Part shown: in pieces, positions 52,266-61,019 of the stretch
Layout: every line of letters starts with the position of its first letter
How positions within the stretch are numbered: position 1 is the first letter of the stretch
Origin: a gamma proteobacterium SCGC AAA168-P09
GTDB taxonomy: Bacteria; Pseudomonadota; Gammaproteobacteria; Magnimaribacterales; D2472
Assembly (NCBI GenBank): GCA_000385055.1
Contig: ARRL01000003.1
Coordinates: 59,460 to 123,459 of the forward strand
Direction: 5' to 3'
DNA: 64,000 nucleotides
Translations under genes and position numbers: made by a program
Notes under the pieces: generated by a model
What the model was told of the DNA's origin: nothing
What the model saw: only the letters and a program-made list of their open reading frames with translations
Databases searched by the model: none

Positions 52266-53171
52266 TTATTTCTCATCCTCTTTAGTGTCTTTAGCTTTAG
52301 TTGTTCCTTCAGCAGCAACTTTTTCAACCACAGGTTCTTCAGCAGCAACTTTTTCAACCACAGGTTCTTCAGCAGCAACTTCTTCAACCACAGGTTCTTC
52401 AGCAGCAACTTCTTCAATAACAGGTTCTTGTTTTTTAATAGTCTGAATAACTGGCAACTCTGAATCTACTTTCGGAGAAAAACCTTTAGATGACTCTAGA
52501 CCTCTTGCACAAGAATCTGCAATTATTTTTGTAATTAGTCTTATGGATCTAATGGCATCATCATTACCTGGTATAACCATATCGATACCATCTGGATCAG
52601 AGTTTGTGTCAACAAGAGCAATAACAGGAATGCCCATTTTTTTTGCCTCTAAAACTGCAATTTTTTCATGCTTTACATCAATAACAAATATTGCATCTGG
52701 AAGGCCTTTCATGTCTTTAATGCCTCCAACACTAGCTTCTAATTTTGTATATTCTTTTTGAATATCAACAGCTTCTTTTTTAATAAGCTTTTCTATCCTG
52801 CCTGAAGAAATCATTTCTTCAATATCCTGCAATCTTCTTATTGAACCTCTGATTGTTTTCCAGTTGGTTAAAGTTCCACCCAACCATCTTTTATTCACAT
52901 ATGGTAAGCCAATTGCTGAAGCTTCTTCTTTTATAGTCTTGCTGGCAGATCTTTTTGTGCCAACAAAAAGCACTTTATTGCCTTTTGAACAAATATCTTC
53001 AACTTTTGATGCTGCAGCATTTAAGTGCTCTTGAGTCATGTCTAGGTTGATGATACTTATTTTTTTTCTTGTATCAAAGATATATTGATCCATTTTTGGA
53101 TTCCAAAATCTTTGTTGATGACCGAAGTGAACGCCTGCATGAAGCAGGTCTTTTATTGAAACTATACTCAA
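52266..53171 (-). CDS. rpsB: 30S ribosomal protein S2 with repeat-containing acidic C-terminal extension
   Basis: I place the start at the TTG at 53171-53169. It reads [18 protein letters not shown] versus E. coli MATVSMRDMLKAGVHFGH, and is preceded by AAGGAG at 7-nt spacing. The ATG at 53207 used by the ORF track would add 12 non-homologous residues and contain the SD. The product is about 301 aa versus 241 aa in E. coli. Confidence 0.95.
   Translation of the reverse strand: MSIVSIKDLLHAGVHFGHQQRFWNPKMDQYIFDTRKKISIINLDMTQEHLNAAASKVEDICSKGNKVLFVGTKRSASKTIKEEASAIGLPYVNKRWLGGTLTNWKTIRGSIRRLQDIEEMISSGRIEKLIKKEAVDIQKEYTKLEASVGGIKDMKGLPDAIFVIDVKHEKIAVLEAKKMGIPVIALVDTNSDPDGIDMVIPGNDDAIRSIRLITKIIADSCARGLESSKGFSPKVDSELPVIQTIKKQEPVIEEVAAEEPVVEEVAAEEPVVEKVAAEEPVVEKVAAEGTTKAKDTKEDEK
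52311..52430. repeat. four tandem copies of a 30-bp unit inside the 3' end of rpsB
   Basis: The unit is AGCAGCAACTTTTTCAACCACAGGTTCTTC. Copies 52311-40 and 52341-70 are identical. Copy 52371-400 differs at 1 nt and copy 52401-30 at 4 nt. It encodes (Q)EPV(V/I)E(E/K)VAAE four times. Confidence 0.95.
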
Positions 53172-53239
53172 TTTAATTCTCCTTGGGGTTATTTCTCCAA
53201 TCCTCATAAAGTTGACTCTGATTTGAGCACCCCAACTTT
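53172..53239 (-). promoter_or_regulatory. candidate rpsB 5' leader structure (hairpin plus possible pseudoknot onto the SD-proximal ACCCC)
   Basis: The minus strand reads AAAGUUG-GGGUGCUCAAAUCAGAGU-CAACUUU, a 7-bp stem at 53239-53208. The loop GGGU(G) is complementary to ACCC(C) at 53189-53185, directly 5' of the SD AAGGAG. S2 autoregulation of rpsB-tsf through the leader is known in E. coli. Homology of this fold has not been tested. Confidence 0.35.
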
Positions 53240-53310
53240 AATAAAATAGGATTTTCGTATTTAAAAGTTCCTGTATTCTATAGAAAAAGTAGTTTGATTT
53301 AAAGTAATTT

Positions 53311-53961
53311 TTAATTAAAAAAATCTTTAACTGAGTATAAATTTGGTTCTTTTTTAATAATAGCTTTAGCTATAGCTATAGCTCCATCAGAAAAGATATT
53401 TCTAGATAAAGCTTCATGCTTAAATAATATAGACTCATTCTTGTTGAAAAATCTAACTTCATGAATCCCATTTACATCTGAGGCTCTTTCAGATTCTATA
53501 CAAACAGAACTAATAATTTTATTCGTATCATTGGTCTTTATAGTTTTTTCCAATTCGATTGCAGTCCCTGAAGGTGAATCAACCTTTTCTGTATGATGAA
53601 CCTCATGAATAACACATTCAAAATTATGCTTATTTTTATGAAGAAAATCTTTAATTAATTCTTTTAAAAAGAAAATACCTTTACTCATATTGTAGGAAAG
53701 TGATACTGGAATAACTTGAGAAGCTTCTTTAATTGTTTGCAATTGCTCATTATTAAAACCAGTTGTGCCAATTACAATTGGTTTTTTATTTTCTATGCAT
53801 TTTTTAATAATCTTTATAGAGGATTCAGGTCTTGAAAAATCAACTACAACATCACAATCTACGATTGAGTCTATAATCGATATATTTTCTATTTTTGATA
53901 GTTGATTTATAATCGAAGATCCCATCTTTCCAGAGGCACCATTAAGAAAAAGATTTAACAT
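53311..53961 (-). CDS. dapB: 4-hydroxy-tetrahydrodipicolinate reductase (compact form)
   Basis: 216 aa. It has the N-terminal GASGKMG dinucleotide fold and the catalytic signature EVHHTEKVDSPSGTA. It follows dnaJ as in Pseudomonas. It is about 50 aa shorter than the E. coli protein. Confidence 0.88.
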   Translation of the reverse strand: MLNLFLNGASGKMGSSIINQLSKIENISIIDSIVDCDVVVDFSRPESSIKIIKKCIENKKPIVIGTTGFNNEQLQTIKEASQVIPVSLSYNMSKGIFFLKELIKDFLHKNKHNFECVIHEVHHTEKVDSPSGTAIELEKTIKTNDTNKIISSVCIESERASDVNGIHEVRFFNKNESILFKHEALSRNIFSDGAIAIAKAIIKKEPNLYSVKDFFN

Positions 53962-53966
53962 AATAA

Positions 53967-55070
53967 CTAATCGTTTATGCTTTCAGATGCTTTTAAAAAA
54001 GATTCGGTTCCTGGATAGTTTTTTGACTTTATCAGAGATTCTGAGAATGCATTTAAGAGTTTAAGTTGCTTTCTATCTAAATTAGATGGTGTTTCAACTA
54101 AAACTCTACATAAAATATCCCCTCTTCGACTATCTCTTACAATGGATGCTCCTTTTCCTTTTATTCTAAAAATTTTTCCAGTTTGCGTTTGAGCAGGAAT
54201 TTTTAACGAGATAGATCCTTCAAGGGTTGGGACTTTAATTGCACCACCAAGAATGGAAACCTCAAATGGGATTGGTGATTCTATATATAAATCTTTTCCT
54301 TCTCTTTCAAAAATAGGATTTTCTGAAACCCTAATTGCAACATATAAATCTCCAGCTTGACCACCTTTTTCCCACTCGCCTTCTCCACTTAGACGAACCT
54401 TATCCCCATTATCAACACCCGACGGAATGTTTACAGACAAAGTTTTATTTTCTTTGGTTGCTCCATATCCCTGGCAAGTCTTACATTTATCTTTAATCAT
54501 TTGTCCCGTTCCTGAACATTGTGAACATGTTTGTTGAACAGAGAAAAAACCTTGTTGCATTCTAACTTGTCCGCTTCCATTACAGTTTGGACACGTAAGT
54601 GGGCTTGATCCTTTTTCTGCACCTGATCCATTGCAATCATGACATGATTTATGAGATGGTATTTTAATTTTCTTCTGCACTCCAAGGACCGCTTCCTTCA
54701 GAGAGAGATCTAAATTATATTGAAGATCTGAGCCTCTTCTTGATCTTCTGGTAGATGAGCGAGTACCAAATACATCACCAAAAATATCACCAAAAATATC
54801 ATTAATATTTATATCATTGAAATTTGGTCCGCCTCCGCCCATTCCTTCAACACCTTGATGGCCAAATTGATCATATGCTGATTTTTTTTGAGGATCTGAC
54901 AAAACATCATAAGCTTCAGCAGCTTCTTTGAATTTTTCAGCAGCCTCAGGATTGTCAGGATTTCTGTCAGGATGAAATTTCATAGCTTTCTTCTTGAAAG
55001 CTTTTTTTAGCTCAGGAACAGAAGCATCACGAGAGACTTCTAGAGTTTCATAATAGTCTCTCTTTGACAT
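53967..55070 (-). CDS. dnaJ: molecular chaperone DnaJ
   Basis: 367 aa. It has a J-domain with HPD, a G/F region and four CxxCxGxG zinc-finger repeats. Confidence 0.98.
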   Translation of the reverse strand: MSKRDYYETLEVSRDASVPELKKAFKKKAMKFHPDRNPDNPEAAEKFKEAAEAYDVLSDPQKKSAYDQFGHQGVEGMGGGGPNFNDININDIFGDIFGDVFGTRSSTRRSRRGSDLQYNLDLSLKEAVLGVQKKIKIPSHKSCHDCNGSGAEKGSSPLTCPNCNGSGQVRMQQGFFSVQQTCSQCSGTGQMIKDKCKTCQGYGATKENKTLSVNIPSGVDNGDKVRLSGEGEWEKGGQAGDLYVAIRVSENPIFEREGKDLYIESPIPFEVSILGGAIKVPTLEGSISLKIPAQTQTGKIFRIKGKGASIVRDSRRGDILCRVLVETPSNLDRKQLKLLNAFSESLIKSKNYPGTESFLKASESIND

Positions 55071-55076
55071 TTTTTA

Positions 55077-56984
55077 CTACTTGTCTTCTTCTTTAACTTC
55101 TTCAAATTCTGCATCAACAGTATTGTCGGATGATTCCTCTGGAGCTTCGCCATTCTGCTCTTCACCTTCTTGAGTATAAAGTTTTTGAGTTAATGGCGTA
55201 AGTACATCATTAACACCCTTAGTAGCTGTCTCTATAGCAGATATGTCCTCTGAGCTAATTGCCTTTTCTAATTCAACAACAGCATTTTCAACCTGAGATT
55301 TTTCTTCATCAGTTAATTTATCTCCAGACTCTTCAATTGTTTTTCTGGTTGCATGTACAAGCATGTCTGCATTATTTTTAGTTTTTACTAGCTCTTCAAA
55401 CTTTTTATCATCTTCTGCATTTGCTTCAGCATCTTTGACCATTTTTTCAATATCATCATCTGATAGTCCACTTGACGCTTTAATAACAATAGATTGTTCT
55501 TTACCTGTATTTTTATCTTTAGCGGAAACATTTAAAATTCCATTTGCGTCTAAATCAAAAGTAACTTCGATTTGCGGGACTCCTCTTGAAGCGGGCGGTA
55601 TATCAGCAAGATTAAATTGCCCAAGAGATTTATTTTGTGAGGCTTGAGTTCTTTCTCCTTGAATCACATGAACAGTCACTGCTATCTGATTATCTTCGGC
55701 AGTTGAAAACACTTGCGATTTTTGAGTCGGTATAGTCGTATTTTTTTCAATAAGTGGGGTAGCAACTCCTCCAAGGGTTTCAATGCCAAGCGTTAGCGGA
55801 GTTACGTCTAGTAATAAGACATCTGTTGTATCACCAGACAAGACAGACCCTTGAATTGCTGCTCCTACGGCAACAGCTTCATCTGGATTCAAATCCTTTC
55901 TGGCATCCTTGCCAAAAAATTCAGAAACCTTTTTTTGAACTAGTGGCATTCTTGTTTGCCCGCCTACTAATAATATTTCTGAAATATCATTTTTTGATAA
56001 TTTTGCATCCTTTAAAGCTACTTTTAATGGCTCTAGACTTTTATCAACTAGATCTTCAACAAGAGATTCAAGTTTTGCTCTAGTAATTTTATGAACAAAA
56101 TGTTTTGGGCCTGAGCTATCAGCTGTTATGTAGGGAAGATTAACCTCTGTTTGTTCTGAAGAAGATAATTCAATCTTAGCTTTTTCAGCGGCTTCTTTTA
56201 ACCTCTGAAGCGCCAAAGGATCACTTTTAAGGTCAAAACCAGATTCCGTCTTAAATTGATCAACAAAATAATCAATTAATCTTAAGTCAAAATCTTCTCC
56301 GCCTAAAAAAGTATCTCCATTAGTTGATAGGACTTCAAATTGATGTTCACCATCCACATCGGAAATTTCGATAATAGAAATATCAAAAGTTCCACCACCA
56401 AGATCATAAACCGCAACAGTTGAATCACCTTTATGCTTATCAAGTCCATATGCTAAAGCAGCGGCAGTTGGTTCGTTTATAATTCTTTTAACATCTAAAC
56501 CTGCAATTTTTCCTGCATCTTTGGTTGCCTGTCTTTGCGAATCATTAAAATAAGCTGGAACGGTTATTACTGCCTCTTTGACCTCATGTCCAAGATAGTC
56601 TTCAGCAGTCTTTTTCATTTTTTTTAAAACTTCTGCAGCTACCTGAGGTGGAGCAAGCTTTTTGTTTGAAGCTTCTACCCAGGCGTCTCCATTATCAGCT
56701 TTTATAATTTTGTATGGGACCATATCAGCATCTTTACTTACGACTTCGTCATCAAAAGTTCTTCCAATTAACCTTTTAATTGCATATAAAGTATTTTCTG
56801 GATTAGTTACTGCCTGTCTTTTTGCAGGCAACCCTACTAATACTTCATCACTGTCTGTGTAAGCAATAACTGAAGGTGTAGTCCTGCCGCCCTCTGCATT
56901 CTCTATTACTTTTTGTTGCTGTCCTTCTATAACAGCTACACAACTATTAGTTGTACCTAAATCAATTCCAATTATTTTTGACAT
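55077..56984 (-). CDS. dnaK: molecular chaperone DnaK (Hsp70)
   Basis: 635 aa. It has the [18 protein letters not shown] and VGGQTRMP signatures. GAGGA lies 9 nt upstream of the ATG. Confidence 0.99.
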   Translation of the reverse strand: MSKIIGIDLGTTNSCVAVIEGQQQKVIENAEGGRTTPSVIAYTDSDEVLVGLPAKRQAVTNPENTLYAIKRLIGRTFDDEVVSKDADMVPYKIIKADNGDAWVEASNKKLAPPQVAAEVLKKMKKTAEDYLGHEVKEAVITVPAYFNDSQRQATKDAGKIAGLDVKRIINEPTAAALAYGLDKHKGDSTVAVYDLGGGTFDISIIEISDVDGEHQFEVLSTNGDTFLGGEDFDLRLIDYFVDQFKTESGFDLKSDPLALQRLKEAAEKAKIELSSSEQTEVNLPYITADSSGPKHFVHKITRAKLESLVEDLVDKSLEPLKVALKDAKLSKNDISEILLVGGQTRMPLVQKKVSEFFGKDARKDLNPDEAVAVGAAIQGSVLSGDTTDVLLLDVTPLTLGIETLGGVATPLIEKNTTIPTQKSQVFSTAEDNQIAVTVHVIQGERTQASQNKSLGQFNLADIPPASRGVPQIEVTFDLDANGILNVSAKDKNTGKEQSIVIKASSGLSDDDIEKMVKDAEANAEDDKKFEELVKTKNNADMLVHATRKTIEESGDKLTDEEKSQVENAVVELEKAISSEDISAIETATKGVNDVLTPLTQKLYTQEGEEQNGEAPEESSDNTVDAEFEEVKEEDK

Positions 56985-56997
56985 AATATTTTTTCCT

Positions 56998-57540
56998 CTA
57001 ATTTTTAATTACTGTAACTCTTGCAGGTCTTACTATTCTTGAATGAAGTTCCCAGCCTCGTTGAAAAATATTCCCTATTGACCCGTCTTTTTTATTTTTA
57101 TCTTTTTCCATAGTTACAGCTTCATGTTTTTCTGGATTAAACTCTTCATTTACAGGGTAGATGGGTATCATTCCAAATTTATCAAGAGCTGACTCAAAAG
57201 ACTTTAATGTTAATTCAATGCCCTCTTTATCTTCTTTTGTAGCTTTTTCTGACAAATTATTCATAGCATGTTCTAAATTATCTATCACAGGAAGTAGCTC
57301 AATTAAAAGTTTTTCAACACCATATTTATGTGCTTTTTCTACCTCGTTAATAGATCTTTTTAAAGCATTATCTAAGTCAGCATTAGCTCTTAAAAGAGAC
57401 TTCTCAAGCTCTTCATTTTTATAAATTAACTCTTCATATGAAGGTGTGCCAATATTTTCAGCCTCCTCTGCAATATTTTCAGAAGAAGTATCTATATTAT
57501 CTTCAACGTCTAATTTGTTATCTTTTTTGTCTTTTGGCAT
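56998..57540 (-). CDS. grpE: nucleotide exchange factor GrpE
   Basis: 180 aa. It has an acidic N-terminus, a long helix and a C-terminal beta domain (..[20 protein letters not shown]). Confidence 0.93.
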   Translation of the reverse strand: MPKDKKDNKLDVEDNIDTSSENIAEEAENIGTPSYEELIYKNEELEKSLLRANADLDNALKRSINEVEKAHKYGVEKLLIELLPVIDNLEHAMNNLSEKATKEDKEGIELTLKSFESALDKFGMIPIYPVNEEFNPEKHEAVTMEKDKNKKDGSIGNIFQRGWELHSRIVRPARVTVIKN

Positions 57541-57562
57541 ATTTAAATCCTATTTGAAACAT

Positions 57563-57590
57563 ATATTGGGATTTAAATTTTCAGTTCAAG
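57563..57590 (-). promoter_or_regulatory. candidate sigma32 (RpoH) heat-shock promoter for grpE-dnaK-dnaJ(-dapB)
   Basis: The minus strand reads CTCTTGAA (the -35 at 57590-57585), then a 14-nt spacer, then CCCAATATA (the -10 from 57570). The consensus is CTTGAA / CCCCATnTA. The element lies about 20-45 nt upstream of the grpE ATG. Confidence 0.6.
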
Positions 57591-57602
57591 AGCAGAACTG
57601 AA
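57580..57602 (-). terminator. stem-loop immediately after fur stop (weak intrinsic terminator candidate)
   Basis: The minus strand reads UUCAGUUC-UGCUCUU-GAACUGAA, an 8-bp stem beginning 1 nt after the fur TAA. It is followed only by AAUUUAAAU, so the U-tract is poor. The stem overlaps the sigma32 -35 element. Confidence 0.3.
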
Positions 57603-57603
57603 T

Positions 57604-58023
57604 TTATGATTCTATTTTTCGAACGTGTAAAATCATACTATGATCAACTAATTCATAACCTTTCTTTTTAGCAATCTCATGCTGGAGTTTTTCTAAATCT
57701 TCATCATGAAATTCCATTACTTTTCCTGTATCTACATCAACCATATGATCATGATGTTCATCTGAATTAATTTCGTAAACAGCTTTGCTGTTTTCGAAAT
57801 GATGCTTTGTTACCATGCCAGCGGCTTCAAATTGAGTTAATACTCTGTAGATAGTAGCTAATCCAATATCTTCGTTATTGGATATAAGCTCTTTATAAAT
57901 ATCTTCTGCACTAAAATGTGCCTCTTCTTGAATGGCTGTGGATGCTAAAACTTCCATTATTTTTATTCTTGGTAAAGTAGCTTTTAATCCAGCTTTCTTT
58001 AACTCTTCATTTTGTTTTGACAT
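57604..58023 (-). CDS. fur: ferric uptake regulator Fur
   Basis: 139 aa. It has the winged-helix ATIYRVLTQFEAAGMV and the metal site HHDHMV. It is divergent from bamE (omlA) as in Pseudomonas. Confidence 0.95.
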   Translation of the reverse strand: MSKQNEELKKAGLKATLPRIKIMEVLASTAIQEEAHFSAEDIYKELISNNEDIGLATIYRVLTQFEAAGMVTKHHFENSKAVYEINSDEHHDHMVDVDTGKVMEFHDEDLEKLQHEIAKKKGYELVDHSMILHVRKIES

Positions 58024-58110
58024 TGTTCTAACTTTTATTATTTTTTATTGTCATATTCTATTATAGTGAACAGACTTTAAGATTATTACAAAGTATAATC
58101 CATATTAATT

Positions 58111-58443
58111 ATGAAACAACTTGCTTCAACATTCTTTATATTACTTGTCACTATTTCAATGAGCTCATGCTCATCCTTAAGTCCTTACAAGGTTCCTGTT
58201 CTTCAAGGAAATATATTTGAAGACGAAGATTTGGAGAAGCTGTCTGAAGGGTTAACAAAAGAACAGATTCAATTTATTTTTGGTACTGCATTAATCCAAG
58301 ATCCCTTTCAAAAATCTAGATGGGATTACTTTAATTCTGTCACTGTTGGAGGTGAGGTTATGGTAGAAAATAAATTAACAATATTTTTTAATGAGGATGG
58401 TCTTGTTGAAAGCTGGATTATTGAAAAATCTTCAGAAGAATAA
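58111..58443 (+). CDS. bamE: outer membrane protein assembly factor BamE (SmpA/OmlA lipoprotein)
   Basis: 110 aa. The signal peptide ends ..ISMSSC (lipobox Cys). LQGNIFEDEDLEKLSEGLTKEQIQFIFGTALIQDPF matches the BamE core. Confidence 0.88.
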   Translation: MKQLASTFFILLVTISMSSCSSLSPYKVPVLQGNIFEDEDLEKLSEGLTKEQIQFIFGTALIQDPFQKSRWDYFNSVTVGGEVMVENKLTIFFNEDGLVESWIIEKSSEE

Positions 58444-58446
58444 AAT

Positions 58447-58725
58447 TTAAACCTTCTTTAATCTCCTTTCTTTTGGGTCCTGATTGAGAGGTCTCAGAAG
58501 CTCAACTCTCTCGCCTTCTTTTAGTCTATATTTATTTGGTTTTGGTCTAAAATTTCCATCTAACAACTCACCATTAACAGCAACAACTAATTTGTGATTT
58601 AATTGAGCAATAATCTCTCGTACTTGTTCAAATTTGAGAAGTTCTTCTACGGTTATACTTGATGAAACATTTAATTCATAAAAATACTTATCTTTGATTC
58701 CTTGGTATGTAAAAAAAATTTTCAT
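58447..58725 (-). CDS. rnfH: RnfH-family ubiquitin-like protein (RatB/YfjF homologue)
   Basis: 92 aa. The C-terminal GERVELLRPLNQDPKERR matches the RnfH signature (DRVEIYRPL..DPKE.R). It overlaps the upstream ratA-like gene by 4 nt. Confidence 0.85.
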   Translation of the reverse strand: MKIFFTYQGIKDKYFYELNVSSSITVEELLKFEQVREIIAQLNHKLVVAVNGELLDGNFRPKPNKYRLKEGERVELLRPLNQDPKERRLKKV

Positions 58726-59141
58726 TGAGCTTCTTTAATAAATGATTCAATAATATTAGTGGAGAAGGACTCTACTAGGGACTGGGGGATAATAGCATTT
58801 AATAAAAAGGGTAACTCGAATTGAGCATGAAAGCATACCTCACAAAAATCTTTATCTATTTTTTTTAGTGTCCATTTGCCACTAAAGTTATCAAAAGGCC
58901 CTTTTAGCTGCTCAATATTAATTGAGTTTTCAAGTATTTCATTCCTTGATTCAATAAAATATTTTTTACCAAGTATATTAAATTCTAATCGCCCTATTTC
59001 AATGGGAGGATTTCTTGAAATTAATGAAGCTCCAGTGCAGCCAGGAACAAAATCTTCGTATTTACTAAAGTTTGAAACAGCCTTTAAAGCACTGTCTGCA
59101 TTAATCTTTAATACCTTCTTAAATTGAAGATTTCTTTTCAT
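58722..59141 (-). CDS. ratA: SRPBCC/START-fold protein of the RatA / CoQ-binding (COQ10-like) family
   Basis: 139 aa. The YEDFVPGC motif and the conserved ratA-rnfH pairing next to bamE and smpB both fit. Confidence 0.8.
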   Translation of the reverse strand: MKRNLQFKKVLKINADSALKAVSNFSKYEDFVPGCTGASLISRNPPIEIGRLEFNILGKKYFIESRNEILENSINIEQLKGPFDNFSGKWTLKKIDKDFCEVCFHAQFELPFLLNAIIPQSLVESFSTNIIESFIKEAQ

Positions 59142-59147
59142 TTGTTA

Positions 59148-60497
59148 TTAAAAAAATTGGCGATAAAAAATATATCCTACAGATGCTGGAGCTATAAATT
59201 TTACAAAAAATCTCCATAAAACATACAAATAATTATTTATTGGCCCCAATTCATCAACAATTAATGACTTCTTCATATACCAACCAACAAATATAGCAAT
59301 TAACATTCCTCCTAAAGGAAGTAAAATCTGATTCGCAATAAAGTCCATCGAATCAAGAAAATTTCTACCCCCAATTAAAGAAAAATCTGACCAAACATTA
59401 AAACTTAGTGCTGAGCCAATTCCAAGAACCCATACAAAAAATGAAATAATTTGTGCAGACCCCTTTCTAGATAAAATATTTTCTTCTGACATATATGCTA
59501 CACCAGGCTCTAGAAGAGATATTGAAGAACTCAATGCTGCTACTGACAATAGTATAAAAAATAAGGGCCCAATAAATTGTCCAAATTGCATTTGATTGAA
59601 GGCAGAAAGCATCGAAACAAAAACAAGTCCAGGACCGCTATTTGGTTCTAAGTTAAAAGCAAAAATAATTGGGAAAATAGCCAAACCAGCTAAAATTGCA
59701 ATTAGGGTATCAAGCGAGGCCACAGTAAAAGAAGTGCCAACCACTTTTTGTTCTTTTGGCATATATGCACCATAAGCCATAATTGATCCCATTCCTAAAC
59801 TCAAGCTAAAAAATGCTTGGCCCATGGCTTGAAGCAAAGTATCAGAAGTTACATTAGAAAAATCTGGTGCAAATAAAAACGATATTGCGCTACTAAAATC
59901 ACCGTTAATTATTGAATAAATCACCATAAAAATCATTAAAAAACCAAGTAATGGCATTAAAATTTTTACCATTCTTCCAATGCCATCTTTAATTCCAGCA
60001 GAGACAATTAAGGCTGTTAGAATCATAAATACTGTATGCCATAAAATTAAATTTAGAGGAGAAGAAATAACATTAGAAAACTGCTCAGAAGAGCTAATTG
60101 CTCCAGAAGAGGTAGCAGATATAAAAATATAATTTAAACAAATACCAGCTATGACACTATAAAAAGAAAGTATAAGAATGCCAGCAAATATGCCACTCCA
60201 ACCGACAATTTGCCAAGAGGAACTCCTATTAGATTCTATTGCAATATATCTCATTGCATTAATCGGACTATTGCCTGATCTTCTTCCTAAAATAATTTCA
60301 CTAATCATAATAGGTATACCAATTATTAAAATGCAACCAAGATAGATTAAAACAAATGCACCTCCTCCATTAGTACCAGCTTTATATGGGAACCCCCAGA
60401 TATTTCCAAGCCCAACTGCCGATCCTGTAGCAGCTAAAATAAAAGTCCATTTTCCAATCCATGATCCATGTGATTTTAATTTTCGATGTATTTCCAT
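59148..60497 (-). CDS. sodium-dependent transporter, neurotransmitter:sodium symporter (SNF) family
   Basis: 449 aa and about 11-12 TM. The N-terminal signature is W..K..FILAATGSAVGLGNIWGFPY. Confidence 0.9.
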   Translation of the reverse strand: MEIHRKLKSHGSWIGKWTFILAATGSAVGLGNIWGFPYKAGTNGGGAFVLIYLGCILIIGIPIMISEIILGRRSGNSPINAMRYIAIESNRSSSWQIVGWSGIFAGILILSFYSVIAGICLNYIFISATSSGAISSSEQFSNVISSPLNLILWHTVFMILTALIVSAGIKDGIGRMVKILMPLLGFLMIFMVIYSIINGDFSSAISFLFAPDFSNVTSDTLLQAMGQAFFSLSLGMGSIMAYGAYMPKEQKVVGTSFTVASLDTLIAILAGLAIFPIIFAFNLEPNSGPGLVFVSMLSAFNQMQFGQFIGPLFFILLSVAALSSSISLLEPGVAYMSEENILSRKGSAQIISFFVWVLGIGSALSFNVWSDFSLIGGRNFLDSMDFIANQILLPLGGMLIAIFVGWYMKKSLIVDELGPINNYLYVLWRFFVKFIAPASVGYIFYRQFF

Positions 60498-60506
60498 AAT
60501 ATATTT

Positions 60507-60968
60507 TTAAGTGAGAGGGTTGCTATAAGGGTTTATCCAATAGGCTGATGATATCAAAAAACTCAATGATACAAGTAGAGATAACATTTTTCTAAATTTT
60601 TTATAATCATCATCTCGTAATAAAAAATCTTCAGTAGATTGTTCAAAATAATAAAAAAATTGAAAGCTTATTACGGATAATAACAATGCTACAAGAATAT
60701 AATTAAAATATGTTAATAAAAGTATGGAGCAACCCAATAAGCTAAACAAAATACCCATTGATAAGTTAAATTTTTGATTTCTCAGATTATCTCGCCATCC
60801 CCAGGACATGCCTCCCAAGAAAGTGATGATAATAGCTCCATATCCTAACTGGAATGTTAATGCTATTTTTGAAAGCTCTGATCCTGCTATCCAAGGCACA
60901 AGACATAACAAAGCAAATGGTATAAAACCAATATATCCATATGTTGATTTAAAATTACTAATATTCAT
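60507..60968 (-). CDS. small membrane protein, DUF3429-like
   Basis: 153 aa and about 5 TM. The YIGFIPF N-terminal segment is reminiscent of DUF3429. The family call is tentative. Confidence 0.45.
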   Translation of the reverse strand: MNISNFKSTYGYIGFIPFALLCLVPWIAGSELSKIALTFQLGYGAIIITFLGGMSWGWRDNLRNQKFNLSMGILFSLLGCSILLLTYFNYILVALLLSVISFQFFYYFEQSTEDFLLRDDDYKKFRKMLSLLVSLSFLISSAYWINPYSNPLT

Positions 60969-61019
60969 GTTTATTTAAATTTTTCTTGCACTAGGCATAT
61001 CAAAAGACATAATAAAGAT

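Noticed and set aside
52311-52430. Regularly spaced 30-bp direct repeats, considered as a possible CRISPR array.
   Set aside because: The units are directly abutting with no spacers, are in frame within rpsB, and no cas genes or leader are nearby.
52243-52446. 67-aa plus-strand ORF with repeats ([10 protein letters not shown] x4) that could look like a repetitive surface protein.
   Set aside because: It is simply the antisense reading of the rpsB C-terminal 30-bp repeats. The S2 frame is continuous with the conserved S2 body and ends with a proper stop just before tsf.
58024-58110. Possible Fur box for fur autoregulation in the fur-bamE divergent spacer (ATAATAGAATATGACAAT region).
   Set aside because: My best alignment to the 19-bp consensus GATAATGATAATCATTATC gave only about 7 matches. 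In DNA this AT-rich that is not distinguishable from background.
58447-59141. ratA-rnfH (ratA/ratB) pair as a toxin-antitoxin system.
   Set aside because: The pair is a conserved core locus next to bamE and smpB in many Gammaproteobacteria. RatA belongs to the SRPBCC/COQ10-like lipid-binding fold and RnfH is a ubiquitin-like protein. Nothing in the sequence suggests a mobile or defence-type TA module.
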